Shown here: in pieces, positions 1 to 13,155 of the stretch
Position numbering within the stretch: the stretch's first letter is position 1
How the letters are laid out: each line of letters opens with the position of its first letter
DNA from: Ptychomitrium polyphyllum
Taxonomy: Eukaryota
DNA: 64,000 nucleotides
Assembly: GCA_973851085.1 (NCBI GenBank)
Contig: OZ316775.1
Coordinates: 2,108,001 to 2,172,000, forward strand
Reading direction: 5' to 3'
Position numbers and translations under genes: made by a program
Notes under the pieces: generated by a model
What the model was told of the DNA's origin: nothing
Seen by the model: only the letters and a program-made list of their open reading frames with translations
Database searches by the model: none

Positions 1-1486
1 GTGCAAATAAAAACTTTTTACAATGGTGTTCATGACATAAAGAATGCACAAATGGAAGTATAACAGAGAGAAGTGGAACCAGTGGTGTTGCTACTGGATG
101 GTGTTTCTTTTAACCGGTAATAATTGGAGGATGAAGAAAAATAGAAAAAAAATAGATAATGCTATGGATTTGATTTTAGTCATAGAAAGGGCAAAACAAT
201 GGTGAAATAGTGTTAAATGGAGGGAAGAAATAGATGGAAAGGTTATGTGTGGCAAGTGTTGGAAAAATACTGATTTAAAGGTCAGCAAAAACCTTAGGAG
301 TGAAATAAATCAAAGTTGTGGTATGTAAAAGACGGATTACCAGTAGTGGAAAAAGAATTAATAGTGCTAGGACTATTAAAAGGCCCCTCTTGGTTTGGTG
401 GTTGGAAAAAATATACAGTTGTAGTTGATGTATGTTTAAGAAATTCCTACTAAAAAAAATAGGTGGATGATATTGATTGTTGGACAAAAGAAAATGGAGA
501 TTGTACTTAGACAAAATGGTGTCCATTGGTTTATTGGAATTTGGAAGATATATTAAATTGATGGATTAATTTTTTTTTTAAATGATATATCATTTAAAAG
601 AGTGCACAAAACTTATGGAAGATAGTGACTACAAGATGGATTTGGTAATTGTGCATTATAGAGGCATTGATAAGAATGGAAATGGTTGTTATTTTTGGCA
701 ATTCTATGACTCAGGGTATTCAATAGTGGATTCATTAATAATGATTTAGAGAAGGATGGAACATTTATGGTAGAAACCAAAAGATTAAGCAAATGTAAGG
801 TGTGGATTAGGTTTAAATTGTTAGATTCAGCAGAGGTGAGTTCTAAAGGAAGCAAAGGTCTTTAGATATAAGTGAACGAACGGCTCATAGAATGAGATGA
901 TTCAATACCAAAAAATTATGTTAAATTGTATAAAAGTTGTATTATGGTAGACAGTATAATCAATCGCAAAGATCAAAGCTTTGAATATTTTGCAGAAAAA
1001 ACAAGGCACCATGATTAAACTAGAAGATCTTAAATGAATATTCTTGGTTAGGAATTTATTTGCAAACTCCTATGGCGTAAAGATAATTACAAAGGACTCA
1101 AAATATATGAAAGGATTTGAGCAAAAGAAACCTATTCAAAATAGTGCATGATTACCAAATGTTATGGTTGGTAACCGCTAAACACAAAAGTATTAGTAGC
1201 TAAAAGCTTTACAAGAGTTGAAAGCGGAAGAATACTCGCAAATAATCTAGGAATATGTATAGGAATTATAATATACTAAGCTATAGAAGCAATACACTTC
1301 ACTAGTCTAGAAACAAAAGTTGATTAATGATACAAGATACAACACACTCTCAATTCTCAAACCACATGCTATCTATTTATTAAAAACAAGTGGAAAGTCT
1401 TGATGACTAGAAAGAAGACTTTGAATAAATTCAAAATGCATTCTATAGAAATTTCATCATATAATAATTAAAAATAAATTGTAACA
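1..1486 (-). mobile_element. Degenerate LTR retrotransposon remnant, probably Ty1/copia: LTR about 1160-1486, PBS-like site, decayed internal region running off the window start
   Basis: 1160-1486 is bounded by inverted termini TGTTA...TAACA. On the minus strand the LTR end is followed by TT-TGGTAATCATGC (1157-1146), close to the tRNA-iMet PBS TGGTATCAGAGC. Minus-strand translation of 613-855 (...RIAKNNN...CLYNAQLPNP...) weakly resembles the copia integrase GIAER...CML..AQLP segment. Many stops and frameshifts. Confidence 0.55.
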
Positions 1487-4400
1487 AATATGTCTTTTAT
1501 AGAAGTGAAGATTAAAAAATTGTAATGCTTTTGATGTTTTTGCAGCAGCAATCTATAAGTTGCTTTTCCTTGTATTTGAATTAGTATTACATTTTCATTT
1601 AGCATGTGGCATTTTTACAAATACTATGTTTAATATGAAATATACAATGATAGGTGGGCTATTTCCATAAATACCATGAAATCACTAGTGTATAGACACA
1701 CTTGTTTAACAGTTGAAGTCCTTCCTTTACCTCAAAATTCTTTTACGTATTGGAACCTGTATTGGAACCTCAATTTGATTCTTATAATGCAAAGTTGGTC
1801 ACCCCCAAAAAGAGGTCTTAAAGAATTCTCAAAGTTATCCTCAACTTATAATGTCAACAAAAACCACCTTTGTAAAGGTAGCAGCCATTTGGTACAAGAA
1901 AGCATGGTTAATTTTCATAACTAGGGACTCTTTGATGATCAATTGCCCTTTCTCTGAAACCCATTGATATTCTTCCTTGATCATCATTACAAAAGATCCA
2001 ACTATCAAGCTTATGACCTAACATGGCAAACTTACAAAATTGACAAAGTACAAAACACATCTATTGACATTTGTACCATAACCAACTCAAGCCTCTTCTT
2101 GATGTGTACTCTGTTTTGCAGGATTGAACTAGTCTTCTATTTCTTGTGCAATGACTATAATATGATGTATCATACATGTACTGTAATCTTGTCTAATGCC
2201 AAGTTCCTCACAGAGATTTGCTGGTAGGGACAGGTGTCTAAGAAACCAAGATAACCAAATTGTTGTCAGAGCCAAGATACTCAACCAAGAACAGCAGCGG
2301 GCATGCTTTTATCCATTTCCAACATGAAACATTTGACAAAACTTCAAAAATTTATGTTCTTTGTGCAATAAAATTCACAGGATCAGTGGGGCCTACATTT
2401 TGACACTTATGTTGTGAGAAACTCCTTAATAATCAAAACAAAAATACACATATATAAGAAAATAGAAGGGTGTCCTCAGATGTGGACTTGTGCTGCTGTG
2501 CCAGTAAGACAAACAAAATTGTAAACCCAAAGAGATGCTGCTTTTTCTGTTGTGCATAACATCACTGAGCTGGTGAGTGTTAAGATGTACATTATTATGG
2601 AGGCACTGGTGTAATGTAAGGACATAGCTTAGAGGTGGCATGCTATACTAGAATGTGCCTGGCCATGTAACAGTGGCAGGCACCAGCCAATACTTGCCCC
2701 CTTTTATACATAACTGACCTTTCCATACAGCCTGTACCACAAGCTTATCATCACTACACATGAGAAAGCTGAGCAAAGTAGCCAGCATGCAGGTCAGTGA
2801 GCTCACCAAGAGCTGAATTGCATGGTGAAAATGATGTACAACGGATATGTTTAATAAGGTAGCAACTAGTAACACAAAGATTGAAGCTACTGTCTTCCAA
2901 ATGATGATTTTATCCCTCAAAAATGTAATGTACTTGTTTCAGGTTCCAGGTGAGTGACCAATTGGAGCATCCTTCCAGGATACTGAAAGTTAAAGCTTTG
3001 AACACCAAGTTACAAAGAGAATTACAATTAAGTTCTGATGAGCATGGAGTTGAGAATTTGTCCTGGAATTAAACAGCAACAATTAGGAAGCTTGGGTACA
3101 TATAATGAGTTCACAGGTACAAGCCAGGAGATGAAGTTCCATTAGGTATTCAGTGGTATTATTTGGGAACAATGGAATATTGTGATGAAGTATCATAATT
3201 TTCTGTGCTGTTATTATGGGGAACCGTCTTATAAAGTACATGTTGCCTATGGCAACAATGCACATTCTTGTTAGGCACAAGTATATTAGGAACTTGGAAG
3301 TTGAACTATTGAAGCAACATTCAACAAGTTGCTAAAGCTCCTGTTGCCCTCAAACATGTTGGAAGTCTAGCTGTTTACTTAACATCCTTTGACACAAATT
3401 TCACTGTTCAGCATCATCTTTTGCATAAATTGGGTAGTATCCTTCTGTCACTACTTTGTGAAAAGTCCAAGATAGTATAGTACACATTTGGTGAGACAGG
3501 AACCTTCAGATCAATATGAAATATCCACTAAATTGACTCTCTGCATAGCCACAGGTTCAGCATATATTAGTAACAGCATTGGCAAAGTATCCACCATGGC
3601 TAGCTTTACAGCCATATATTGTTATAGATCATGCTTTATCACTTTCAATAATTTGTAGCTCTGTTCACCTAACCAAGTACCTGTATAAAGTGCAGGGAAA
3701 GCCTAAGAGTACTGAATGCCAATTAAGTTGATCACATGATGCACTTTCCTTCTGTAGAAACTTTCTGAAACTAGGTAACCTCTGTGCATAATCTATTGTG
3801 CATTTGGAAAGAGTTTAAATGCAGGTGGCAGGGCAGTGTGGCACTCCCTAGTTGTAAGCACAGTATTGGTCGTGGAACAGAAACCTTCATTCTATAGCAA
3901 AGAGCAATCCATTGACCAGACACAAATAGGGGATATGAGCAGTTAGTATTCTTGAAGAAGTATGATGCTCTTACTACAGCTGCATTAGCATTTGCTGAAG
4001 AAGTACAACATTTCATGTACTGATCATACCTGGAATATTTTAATCTAGAGGTTAAGATACTAAGAGTTAATTTACATAACATTCTTTTGCGGTCACTAGG
4101 AACCTCGCCTCTAGTAACAGGCTACCATCAACACTAACTTTATTTCTACATTAGGTGAAGAAGGTATAAAGGGGCTCAGCCACTTGATTCTGGATAACCA
4201 GTTGCCATGCTGAAGAATGAAGAATACTAGTTATGCCATATAACTTACAAATCATACAGATTTGAATCAAGATGCCAAGGGTTAGTTTCAAAATACATGC
4301 ACTGTAACTTACTAATCAGACAGGGAGGCTGAGGAGTGGCAAGAAATAGGAACGGATTTATTGTTTCTTCACGAGTATCATGCAGGAGTCGTCTATCAGT

Positions 4401-4926
4401 ACAAAGATCGTCTAATTTCTCACACGAGACTATTCAAGTCTCCAACGTCGGGCTATCAGGGGCAAGTCTTCCAGCTCAACTGAAACATCATACGATATGA
4501 TCGCTTTCCTTCACTTCTAAATCTAGTGGGCAGCTTAAGATCCAAACAGTTAGTACTAATCTACACGATTGCTCCTGAACATTACAACATTAACTTCGTA
4601 CAACCACCACAATGTTATGCACAGACTTCTAAACCAACGAGGACCAGTTTAGTACTGTATTCTTTACAAACGTATGCAAGACCAGAATGAACCGAGTTGT
4701 ATTTTCCTTTGATCTGCTCACAGAAGAACAGCATCACATGCCCCACCTACAGCACTACTAGACTAGAAAACATTGTGAACCGTCGGCAGCTTTGCATGAT
4801 AGCTGACGCACGTGAGATGGTGTGGGATTTGAAAAGAAAACGAAACATAACATTGCTGTGCCTATGACGCTGTTCCTTCACCGGAACCATAAGAGAGTCT
4901 TTCTCTCGGACGCGTAGTTTTTGGGT

Positions 4927-6427
4927 TTAGACATGACTAGGTGCACTTCGGAATGATCCCAGAGCTTTAAACGGACCAGCTCTCAACACATATTGGTGAT
5001 AAGCGGCAGCCAACGCAGCTCCCAGAAAGGGACCCACCCAGAAGATCCACTGCACAACCACAATCAACACATGCCCTTAAACTCGTGAGCTTATGCTATA
5101 AATAGACTAGCCAAACAAGTATTACATGGTCTTGTAACGAGCTAAACATAGATGTCTCACAACTCGTAACTGGTCTAGTTCCCTTTCCCGCAATAACGCA
5201 ACGTTCAGACTTGTTACAACTGTGTTGAGTTTTCTGTTCCCTAGTCTTGAAGATGGATTAAACAACTTACGTGATCATTCCACGGCCTGCTGCGGTTGTA
5301 AATGACAGCTGCTCCGAAGCTTCGGGCTGGGTTGATCCCAGTTCCCGTGATGGGAATGGTAGCTAAATGCACCATAAACACTGCAAAGCCTATGGGAAGA
5401 GGCGCCAAGACCTGCAGTAATATCACCACAGCCCATACTTTAAACATGACCTTGTATACATACCTTCAAATAAAAACTAATCCATTAACGAAATGGTCAC
5501 TATAGAAAAGGAACCAACTTGCAATACTGCCAGATAGATGCGTCAAGGTAGAAATTTCGGTGACTGGACAGAAAGTCCTTCAACTTGCAATCAGTTCGGA
5601 TTCTCCGTCGGTGTTAACTTCCAGAGACTAAAATTTTCAAACTCTCAAATCGACAGTTGGATACCGAATGATCCAGCATGGTCCAAGGAATCAGTTAATG
5701 CTTACCGGGACATGGGAGTCACGGGCATTGCGCTTAGGATCAGTGGCAGAGAAAACAGTGTACACGAGCACAAACGTGCCGATGATCTCCGCAGCGAGAC
5801 CTGTGCCCAGGCTGTAGCCTGCAGCTACTGAGTTCGCACCTCCTCCGTTAGCCATGTAGAACGAATGCTGGAATCCTTTAACCAGGCCGGCACCGCAAAT
5901 GGCCCCCAAGCACTGCGCCACTATGTAGGCCAGCGCTCTAGGCAGCGAAATCTTGCGCGCCAGCAGCAACCCGAACGTCACTGCCGGATTAATGTGCCCA
6001 CCTAAGCCAAACAACGTCCAGGTCATGATCGTTAACACAGAGTCAAAATTAGTGGGTATAAAGTTCTGAGCCAAAACAATCGAGGCTATAGCTCGTGCTG
6101 ATCAAAGTGTCGAAGTTCCTGGTTGCGGGCGGTGTGATAGTATGTACCTGAGATGCCAGCGGTGCAGTAAACGAGGACGAAGATCATGCCACCGAAGGCC
6201 CAGGCGATGCCGAGAAGGCCAACTCCGGCACAACCAGGGTTATTGCTGGCGCCGATGACTGTGGCGATGGTAATGTACAGGAACAACAAGGTGGCGACAA
6301 ATTCAGCGATCATGGCGCGGTAGAACGACCAGCGCCCGAACTCCGACGCGTCGATGAGCGGCGCTGGCGGTGGGTCTGTGTAGTCCTTGGATGGAAAGCC
6401 CGGTTCCACACCAACGTCTTTCGCCAT
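4927..6427 (-). CDS. PIP2: Plasma-membrane intrinsic protein, PIP2 aquaporin, 279 aa; exons 6427-6148, 6001-5706, 5411-5271, 5049-4927
   Basis: The spliced product [23 protein letters not shown]...[12 protein letters not shown]...[14 protein letters not shown]...WIFWVGP...[12 protein letters not shown] has two NPA boxes, loop-B RKISL, loop-D RDSHVP and C-terminal SFRS. All introns are GT-AG and the frame is consistent. The short N-terminus and C-terminal SFRS indicate the PIP2 subgroup. Confidence 0.97.
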
Positions 6428-6857
6428 GGCTGATGCTTGTCCACAACAAAGCTCTTACGTTCTCAGCACACCAGTTGGACAATTGTGAATCCAATCCTTC
6501 TCTGCACTCGCTTCCTGTGATCTGTTGGTACCCCCTCCCACCCCCTCTCCTCTGCCTGTTTCTGTCAAACCCTCTTTGCCAAGTTCTAATCAATTGCACG
6601 AAGTTGAGAGCACTAGTATCCCAAGGTCATGTACTAGCTGGAATGGGGCTGATGAACGGCAGGTTACGTACCTAGCAACTGAGGAGGACAATTCCTGAAC
6701 GAAGGCGATTTTCATGTGATTTTCTACTGCTGCTGATGGGTCTTAAAGAATGGACGCTGGTGAATGTGTTAATGCTACCTCTGACTGCCCCCAGAGTCCC
6801 AGACAGGAATGCAGACAGACATACAGAGTAGTGCAGGTGATGAATGCCCAAGTGGAA

Positions 6858-6867
6858 GTTATATAGG
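6858..6867 (-). promoter_or_regulatory. Candidate TATA box of PIP2, with a possible 5'-UTR intron 6671-6430
   Basis: The minus strand reads CCTATATAAC about 430 nt upstream of the ATG. There is a donor-like CTAG|GTACGT at 6671 and an acceptor-like CATCAG|CCATG at 6430. Confidence 0.4.
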
Positions 6868-9800
6868 ACGACTGCTGACTACTCCACCTTCCTTCTCTCT
6901 CCGTTCTACTGTAATAGTCTTCTTGTCGTCACAAGGAGCATCTTTCTGTGCCAGTAATATCGAAGATCTACCTTTTTAAAAATACATGCAATTGATTACA
7001 CCCGAATCTTTCCAGCCTCCTGGCCTTCATCTGCAGGTGATTTTTTTAATATATATTCTTTAACAGGTTAATTTTTCAATATATCTAGCAGCTCCAGGTA
7101 ACAGTTGCGATGGTCCCAGTCATTTTCATTGGTCATTTGATCATTGGCTGTAAGAAAACTTTAAATTAATAATGCACGGTTGGGGTTGACAGGTGACAGT
7201 GGTGACAATGAATTCCTGCTGGTGATAATAGAATCACCGGCACGTTATTTGGCAATGGTTAAATCAAAGAAATTAGTGGAACTTACTCAGTTGGAGGTAC
7301 GTTGGAGGACATAGCTAAGTGGCATTCAAAGCCAGGGTGCATGTGCCTGCCCTCAGTAGGTAAATTTGGTGAGGTAGGCATCAGGACAGTGGACGGAAAG
7401 AGATCGATGCCGCTGGCTTCTCACAGCTCCCCCCGTGACGAACATAAATCAATTTCATTGTCTCAAATTGATATTGGAGTACTTGACTGAGGCTCTGTCT
7501 TTTTGGCGTTTTCCGGTACTGCTGCTAGTATTTACAGAGATTGGGACGTTATACCAAATTTTAACAATTCACGTTGTATGTAACATGTAAATAAGGTGCC
7601 AGAGCTGGTCTTATGCAAGTCACCAACATTGGGATGTTTTGTAGCATACAGACGCTGTGTTGCTGGCATTGATTGGCATTAAGATTGCAGCGCCCATCAA
7701 GTCCTATGAATCTGATAGAGAAGCAAGTCTAACTGGGTAGACAGATTGGTCCAACATTCATTAAAGTATTTACACAAAGAGAGGTGAGGTGAAGAGTGTG
7801 GACTAAGTGTGCTCTCTCAAACTCCAGTCTCCACAGATAGAAAGCATTCAAATATCTGGAGTTCGCCACAAATCAAGCAGCTTCGAAGTACCTCCGGGGT
7901 TAATGTAGATTTCTTAAATCTTGTTTGATCATCCATAGGAGGTTCACTATGCAGAGGCTCCCGTTTCACCATATGCACACTGATGTAGTTTGCTTAGAGT
8001 ATATATTATTTACATACACATTGCGAAGTAATTGGGCACGTGATGTCTGAAGCTATTTTACCTTCAATGTCACATTTGTTAAATCGACCAATCCCATTAC
8101 AATGTTAGGTTGGCACATTCCCTTATTTCTAGCAGTCAAAACCACCGGAAATGGCTTATTCAACAAATATGGCATTCTTCGTAATATTCTTAAAAAGACC
8201 ACAGATCTCTACCTTAATAACCTTAGAGAATGTCCATCTATAATCAATATGACCACCTCCCCCCCTCCCCCTCCCCCCAACCAACACTACTGTACTCTCT
8301 CCATGTTCTCCTTTTCAACTTCAAATTATGGAATATGAATTATTCCACCACTGTAGCAGAAGCCTCAAAGATTCCGCGGTCTCTACAAGAATGGTATATT
8401 GTACTGAGCCGTGTACGAACTGTTATGCTTGAATACCGATTTTGTTATGTTGGGATATGCTTCCACGAGGCTCCAGACGTTTTCCGATTCAGTTGAATGT
8501 GGTGCATACTTACTGTACTGCTGTTAAAGCTACATTACTTCTTCAACAAGCGTACTGTACGTTCATTGTGATGGGTTAGCGAGAATCTTCTGAACAAAGC
8601 TCAAGAATCAAGGTAAATCCTCAGCGGTAGCTGCCACTATTTTAACTTCCATGGACGGTCTCATTGTCTTTATCTATAGTATTCAGCAATGGTTTTTTAA
8701 TTCTGTTAAGATTTTTGAAATCCTTACATTGGTTAGCAGTGATTTTCACTACGACCCCCAGCATGTGCTGTTTCGGACGGTGCAACCATTGTTTGTACCA
8801 GACCAAAGCATCCTCAGGAGTGCAATCCTTCTGCCGGTGTACATTATATAAAATATCCGCAAGCCTTGGAGCGTAGAATCGATATCCAGTCTAGACTTGC
8901 GTACCAGTAACAGAGGCTTGAATAACCAATGAATTATATCAATCTAACTTTCTTATTGGTGTCATAGCTGGCCATAAATGTCATTTGTGAGAAAAACGTC
9001 CCTTGTTGTGCAGCTAATTGTCAGTCAACTCTTTGGGGGTGATTTCCTCAGGGCAGGACGACTGTCTTAACATAGACGATTCAAACATGCTGTAAAATGT
9101 ACGAGTCGGAATTGAGGGAGTCAAACCTGGACTACCTCGGTTCAGATGACATCAACAAGTTGTAGTAATGGTATGTATACGTATGTATTCTCTGAAGTAG
9201 GTTGCAGGCTTTCTATGTTAATTCAAATAAGCAATCACTTAGGGCCTTATTCGAAATATTACGTCAAGCATCAGTTTTGGAAAAAGAAAAGGATGTGATG
9301 ATTTCGAAGTCCAGCTCGTTCCTTTCAGTACATGAAAGCAAATCAAGTTATTTAATTCACAACACTGGCATTTCAGGCGATCAGTAAATACAATTAGAAA
9401 CTGGCGACATGATGGATTATCTCTCACTATCACACCGAAAGTAGAGTCCTCCCTGCAGTAGCCAGGTCCTACCATCGAGGAGCCTGAGCTGGGGAGGTGA
9501 ACCAGCAGCGGCAACGGACATGGGAAATCCATGAATGGGATCCGACAAAGCTGAGGCAAGGATAGCGTTGAGCCACAGAAGCTGCTGGCTGAAGCCGCTT
9601 CTGACAGGACGACTGAACTCGGGCGATGATAGGAGGGAGGCTCTGGGATGGACCAGCCAGCTATCATTTCCTTGGCACGTAGCTGCACACCCTGTACAGT
9701 TCTTTCGTACGTACACTTCCTGAGCATGCTTGAAGTAAAAAGAAAGGAAGCCACCCACAAGAATCAAGCCATCATCTGCAGTGCTTAGGTGGTGTTGTCT

Positions 9801-11660
9801 GTGGACCAGGCTCTCATTCGTAATCGACTAATGGCCTGGGCGGCCTGGCTTGGATCGGCTTGATCACACTTTGGAGTGGCCCACCTTCACTGCCTCAAGC
9901 TCAGCTTGTGCCGGGGCAAAGAATCTCCTGATAATTTGCAGTGAGCACCACTGACAGCTGCCAGTCCCTTCTTTCCTGATAGTGTACATGTATGGAATAC
10001 AAATGTTCTGTTAGCATGATGAGAATAACTGATGTAAACAAGTTAATATATGCTTGCACGGTTGCAGAATTTGATCAAATGTAAATTACTCAGGACATGA
10101 ATTTGCCAATAGACAAGTTGTTTCATAGTAGACTTGACTGACAACATGGACAGAGAATGTAAGTTATCCCCATGGAGTGCATATGTAGGAGTATGAAGGT
10201 CCAGTTTTGTTGTTTTGTTTTGTTTGTGCACTCCAGTGTTTGGTTAGAGGAAACTGATACTACCACTGCAGCTGGTTTTAGTTGCTTTGCAGAAACAAAG
10301 CTGCAACAGTGCATGTAGACGTTGTCTTTCCAGGCCATGTTTGCAGAAGGTAAACAGAGGTGTGCAAAAAAGGTTAAGAATTCCGCAAGTTATGGACATC
10401 GAGAGCAGCATCTAAGTACAGTTTTACCAGGTCATTGCCACAGTCATTGCCAGTACAGTTAAGGATGAGAGAAAAATGAAAGATTATTTGAGAGTTGGCA
10501 TCAGCAACCTCATCATTTCAACTCTGGGTCCTCAAATGCACTCCATGCCCTCAATGTACACTATTTGTCATATCAACATTGCATTTTACCAAATTCGTCA
10601 CCAATAGTTTTATTGTAAAAATTGAGACAAACACTTGGTACAGATGTGCGAAAGTATTTGCACTGAATTCTTTCCATGTTGACTTTATGATATTGAATCT
10701 AGGACATGCATGTTTCTTGTTTTAAAAATTCAATATCATAAAGCCATATTAGAATTCCAGTCCCTTCACAAAATTGGTTCCAAAAAGTTACAAATACATT
10801 TAAAGAAGATTGTAAAGGTGCTATGACTATGACTATAGTTTTCATAAATGTTAGATAATTTGAAAAGATGCAGTTTGTATCATCACATGCATGCCTTTAT
10901 ATACAAAAAAAAATCTTTCATATATCCAAAAAAGTTATATTGTATTATTGGAATAGCTATTAGAAGATGTTGATATAATACAAGAATGATATACTTGTTT
11001 TTATGCATCATTATCAAAATTTGTGAATCAACACGATGCATTTTGTACAATTTTATTTTAATTTACTTTTTGATAACATATTCACATTTCTTTATCATAC
11101 ACAACAATTAAATTTAAAAATGATTAATCAATTAGTTGATGAAACTTACAGAATATACATTCAAATCATAAGTGTAAATTATTAAACATTCTAAATACAA
11201 ACATTAAAAAAATAAAATTATATAGTTCTTATACTTATGGTAAATTCAATCTAGATGTTTAATTTTTTTGTATCTAATACTGATTAAGTAAAGAGGATGT
11301 TTATTAAATCTAAATCTTTTAAACAAACCTGCAATGAAACAGTTTTTGAAGATGTTTTGTTGTCATTGAAATTATGACTTTACATTTTGAACATTATTGT
11401 TGTTAGAAATTTGATATTGTTAACTTATCATCTTTATGCTAAATTTTAACACAATTAAAAGAATTATAGTTGAAAATCTAATAAGCTATAATTAATTAAT
11501 TTCTGAAAATAAAAAAATATTTATATTTTTGTATTATGAATTGCATTAAAATAAGAAACATCAAAATAAAAGTTTCTGCTTTTGTTTGTAAAACTTGTAA
11601 TAAGTGTTAATCAATCTGTAGATAGTTCGTTTTAATTTAAAACATTAAAAAAGACAAGAA

Positions 11661-11760
11661 NNNNNNNNNNNNNNNNNNNNNNNNNNNNNNNNNNNNNNNN
11701 NNNNNNNNNNNNNNNNNNNNNNNNNNNNNNNNNNNNNNNNNNNNNNNNNNNNNNNNNNNN
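11661..11760. other. Assembly gap (100 N)
   Basis: Run of exactly 100 N; the true length is unknown. Confidence 0.99.
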
Positions 11761-12279
11761 CTTGGTTTTGTAGATTTAATTTTAATTTTTGAAAATAACC
11801 AAAGTGCACAACTTTTATAGCTCAATCCATAATAAAACTTGTGATTTGTATTTTAATAAATCAAGGCATAAAAAATATAGTTATAAAATTTTATTTGTGG
11901 TAAAACTCCAATGAAACATAATGTATGTAGGCCTTAAAAAAATGTGTATAAAATAAAATAATATGTAGTTCATTTTAAAATCTTGTAAATGAGAAAAAAA
12001 CATTTTTTTAATACTAAAAAAGAAATAATAATAAATAAATTTAATAAAATTTATTAAAAAATATTCAAATTTAATCAATTATTAATTCTTTAAGTTTTTT
12101 AGTAACTAATAATTATTTAATGAATATTTTATACTCGATAGTTTTTAAATAATCATTAATTATTAGTTATTAAAATTTCACCAATTAATTAAATATTTTA
12201 AAAAGGATTCATAATTATAAATTTGTGAATTGATAAAATGCCTTTAATATTTAATTAAAAAAAATACTACAGTATTAAT

Positions 12280-13155
12280 TGTGAGCCTTACAATGTAAAT
12301 TCTAGAATTGACTCGTTTTATTGTTTTTTATTAGAATTAATTAAAAATAGCATTAATAGAGGAAATTTGGCACAATAATTAGTTAAATTGAGGAATTATT
12401 TGTTGATTAGGCCTTAAAATGAACTTAGTATTATGAAATTGTTAATTAGGCCTTAAAATAAACTTAATATTATGAAACTTATTAATTAGGCCTTAAAATG
12501 AGCTTGGTATTATAAAAGTGTTAATTGGGCCTTAATATGCACATCAACTTTGGTTTCATATTCTAAACATTCTTATAAGGAAATATGCCATTTTAATAAG
12601 AAAGAACAAAAAAATTAAAATCGTTAGTCTAAGAGTTACATTTAATGGGAGTTTAATTAAATTAAGTTAAGTAGGAATTTAATTAAGTTCCATTAAGAAT
12701 GATAAGTGGTTCAATTAAAAAGTTTGAAGAAGAATAGGCAGGTCAAAATAGGCCAATCAAGAAGGTAGGAGAATATTAGAAGAAAACAAACAAAAAATAT
12801 TATGCAAATGAAAGGATAAAAATCTAAAATTTAAATAGGAGCTAAAAAAACATAATAGAAAGAGTTATAATAGAGAAGATTAGAATAAATAAAGAAAATA
12901 AAGCTATGTGAAGTAGTTGTAAAGCATTTGTAGTAAAAAAAGAGAAAAAAGAAGAAAAGAGAGGGTGTGCATCAAAGTAGGCGGACAGATAGCTCAAAAA
13001 GAGAATAAGTAGTTGGAATGGAAAAAGTTAAGTTTAAGATTAGTAGAGGAGCAATGTCTTTCTTTTTAGTTTTTAATGGTTTTATAGAGCAATGTGAAAT
13101 ACCAAGTGATTTTTTGCGTTCTATAGTCGTGAATCTTAGCAAAAGTAGCTTCACA
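12280..13155. mobile_element. Putative solo/degenerate LTR (about 876 bp)
   Basis: Begins TGTGA (12280) and ends TCACA (13155). Contains an internal tandem repeat and a purine-rich tract that differ from the flanking AT DNA. No intact target-site duplication seen (TTAAT versus GATTG). Confidence 0.4.
12401..12538. repeat. Tandem repeat, 39-40 bp unit, about 3.5 copies
   Basis: The core ATTAGGCCTTAAAAT recurs at 12406, 12445 and 12485, and in degenerate form at 12524. Confidence 0.85.

Noticed and set aside
2030..4200. Moderate-GC region with splice-like signals and short ORFs on both strands
   Set aside because: No consistent exon chain or recognisable protein motif could be assembled. It may be a decayed gene or lncRNA, but this is unsupported.
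9239..9767. Minus-strand ORFs of 173 and 116 aa
   Set aside because: No recognisable domain, and several overlapping frames are open, as expected in GC-rich sequence. Not called as CDS.
9400..9950. TAS3 locus or MIR390/MIR166 precursor
   Set aside because: No pair of well-matched miR390 sites, no recognisable tasiARF/tasiAP2 sequence, and the miRNA-like strings carry indels and lack a proper star arm.
12401..12538. CRISPR-like spacing of repeats
   Set aside because: The 'spacers' are similar to each other, so this is a tandem repeat; the context is eukaryotic and there are no cas genes.
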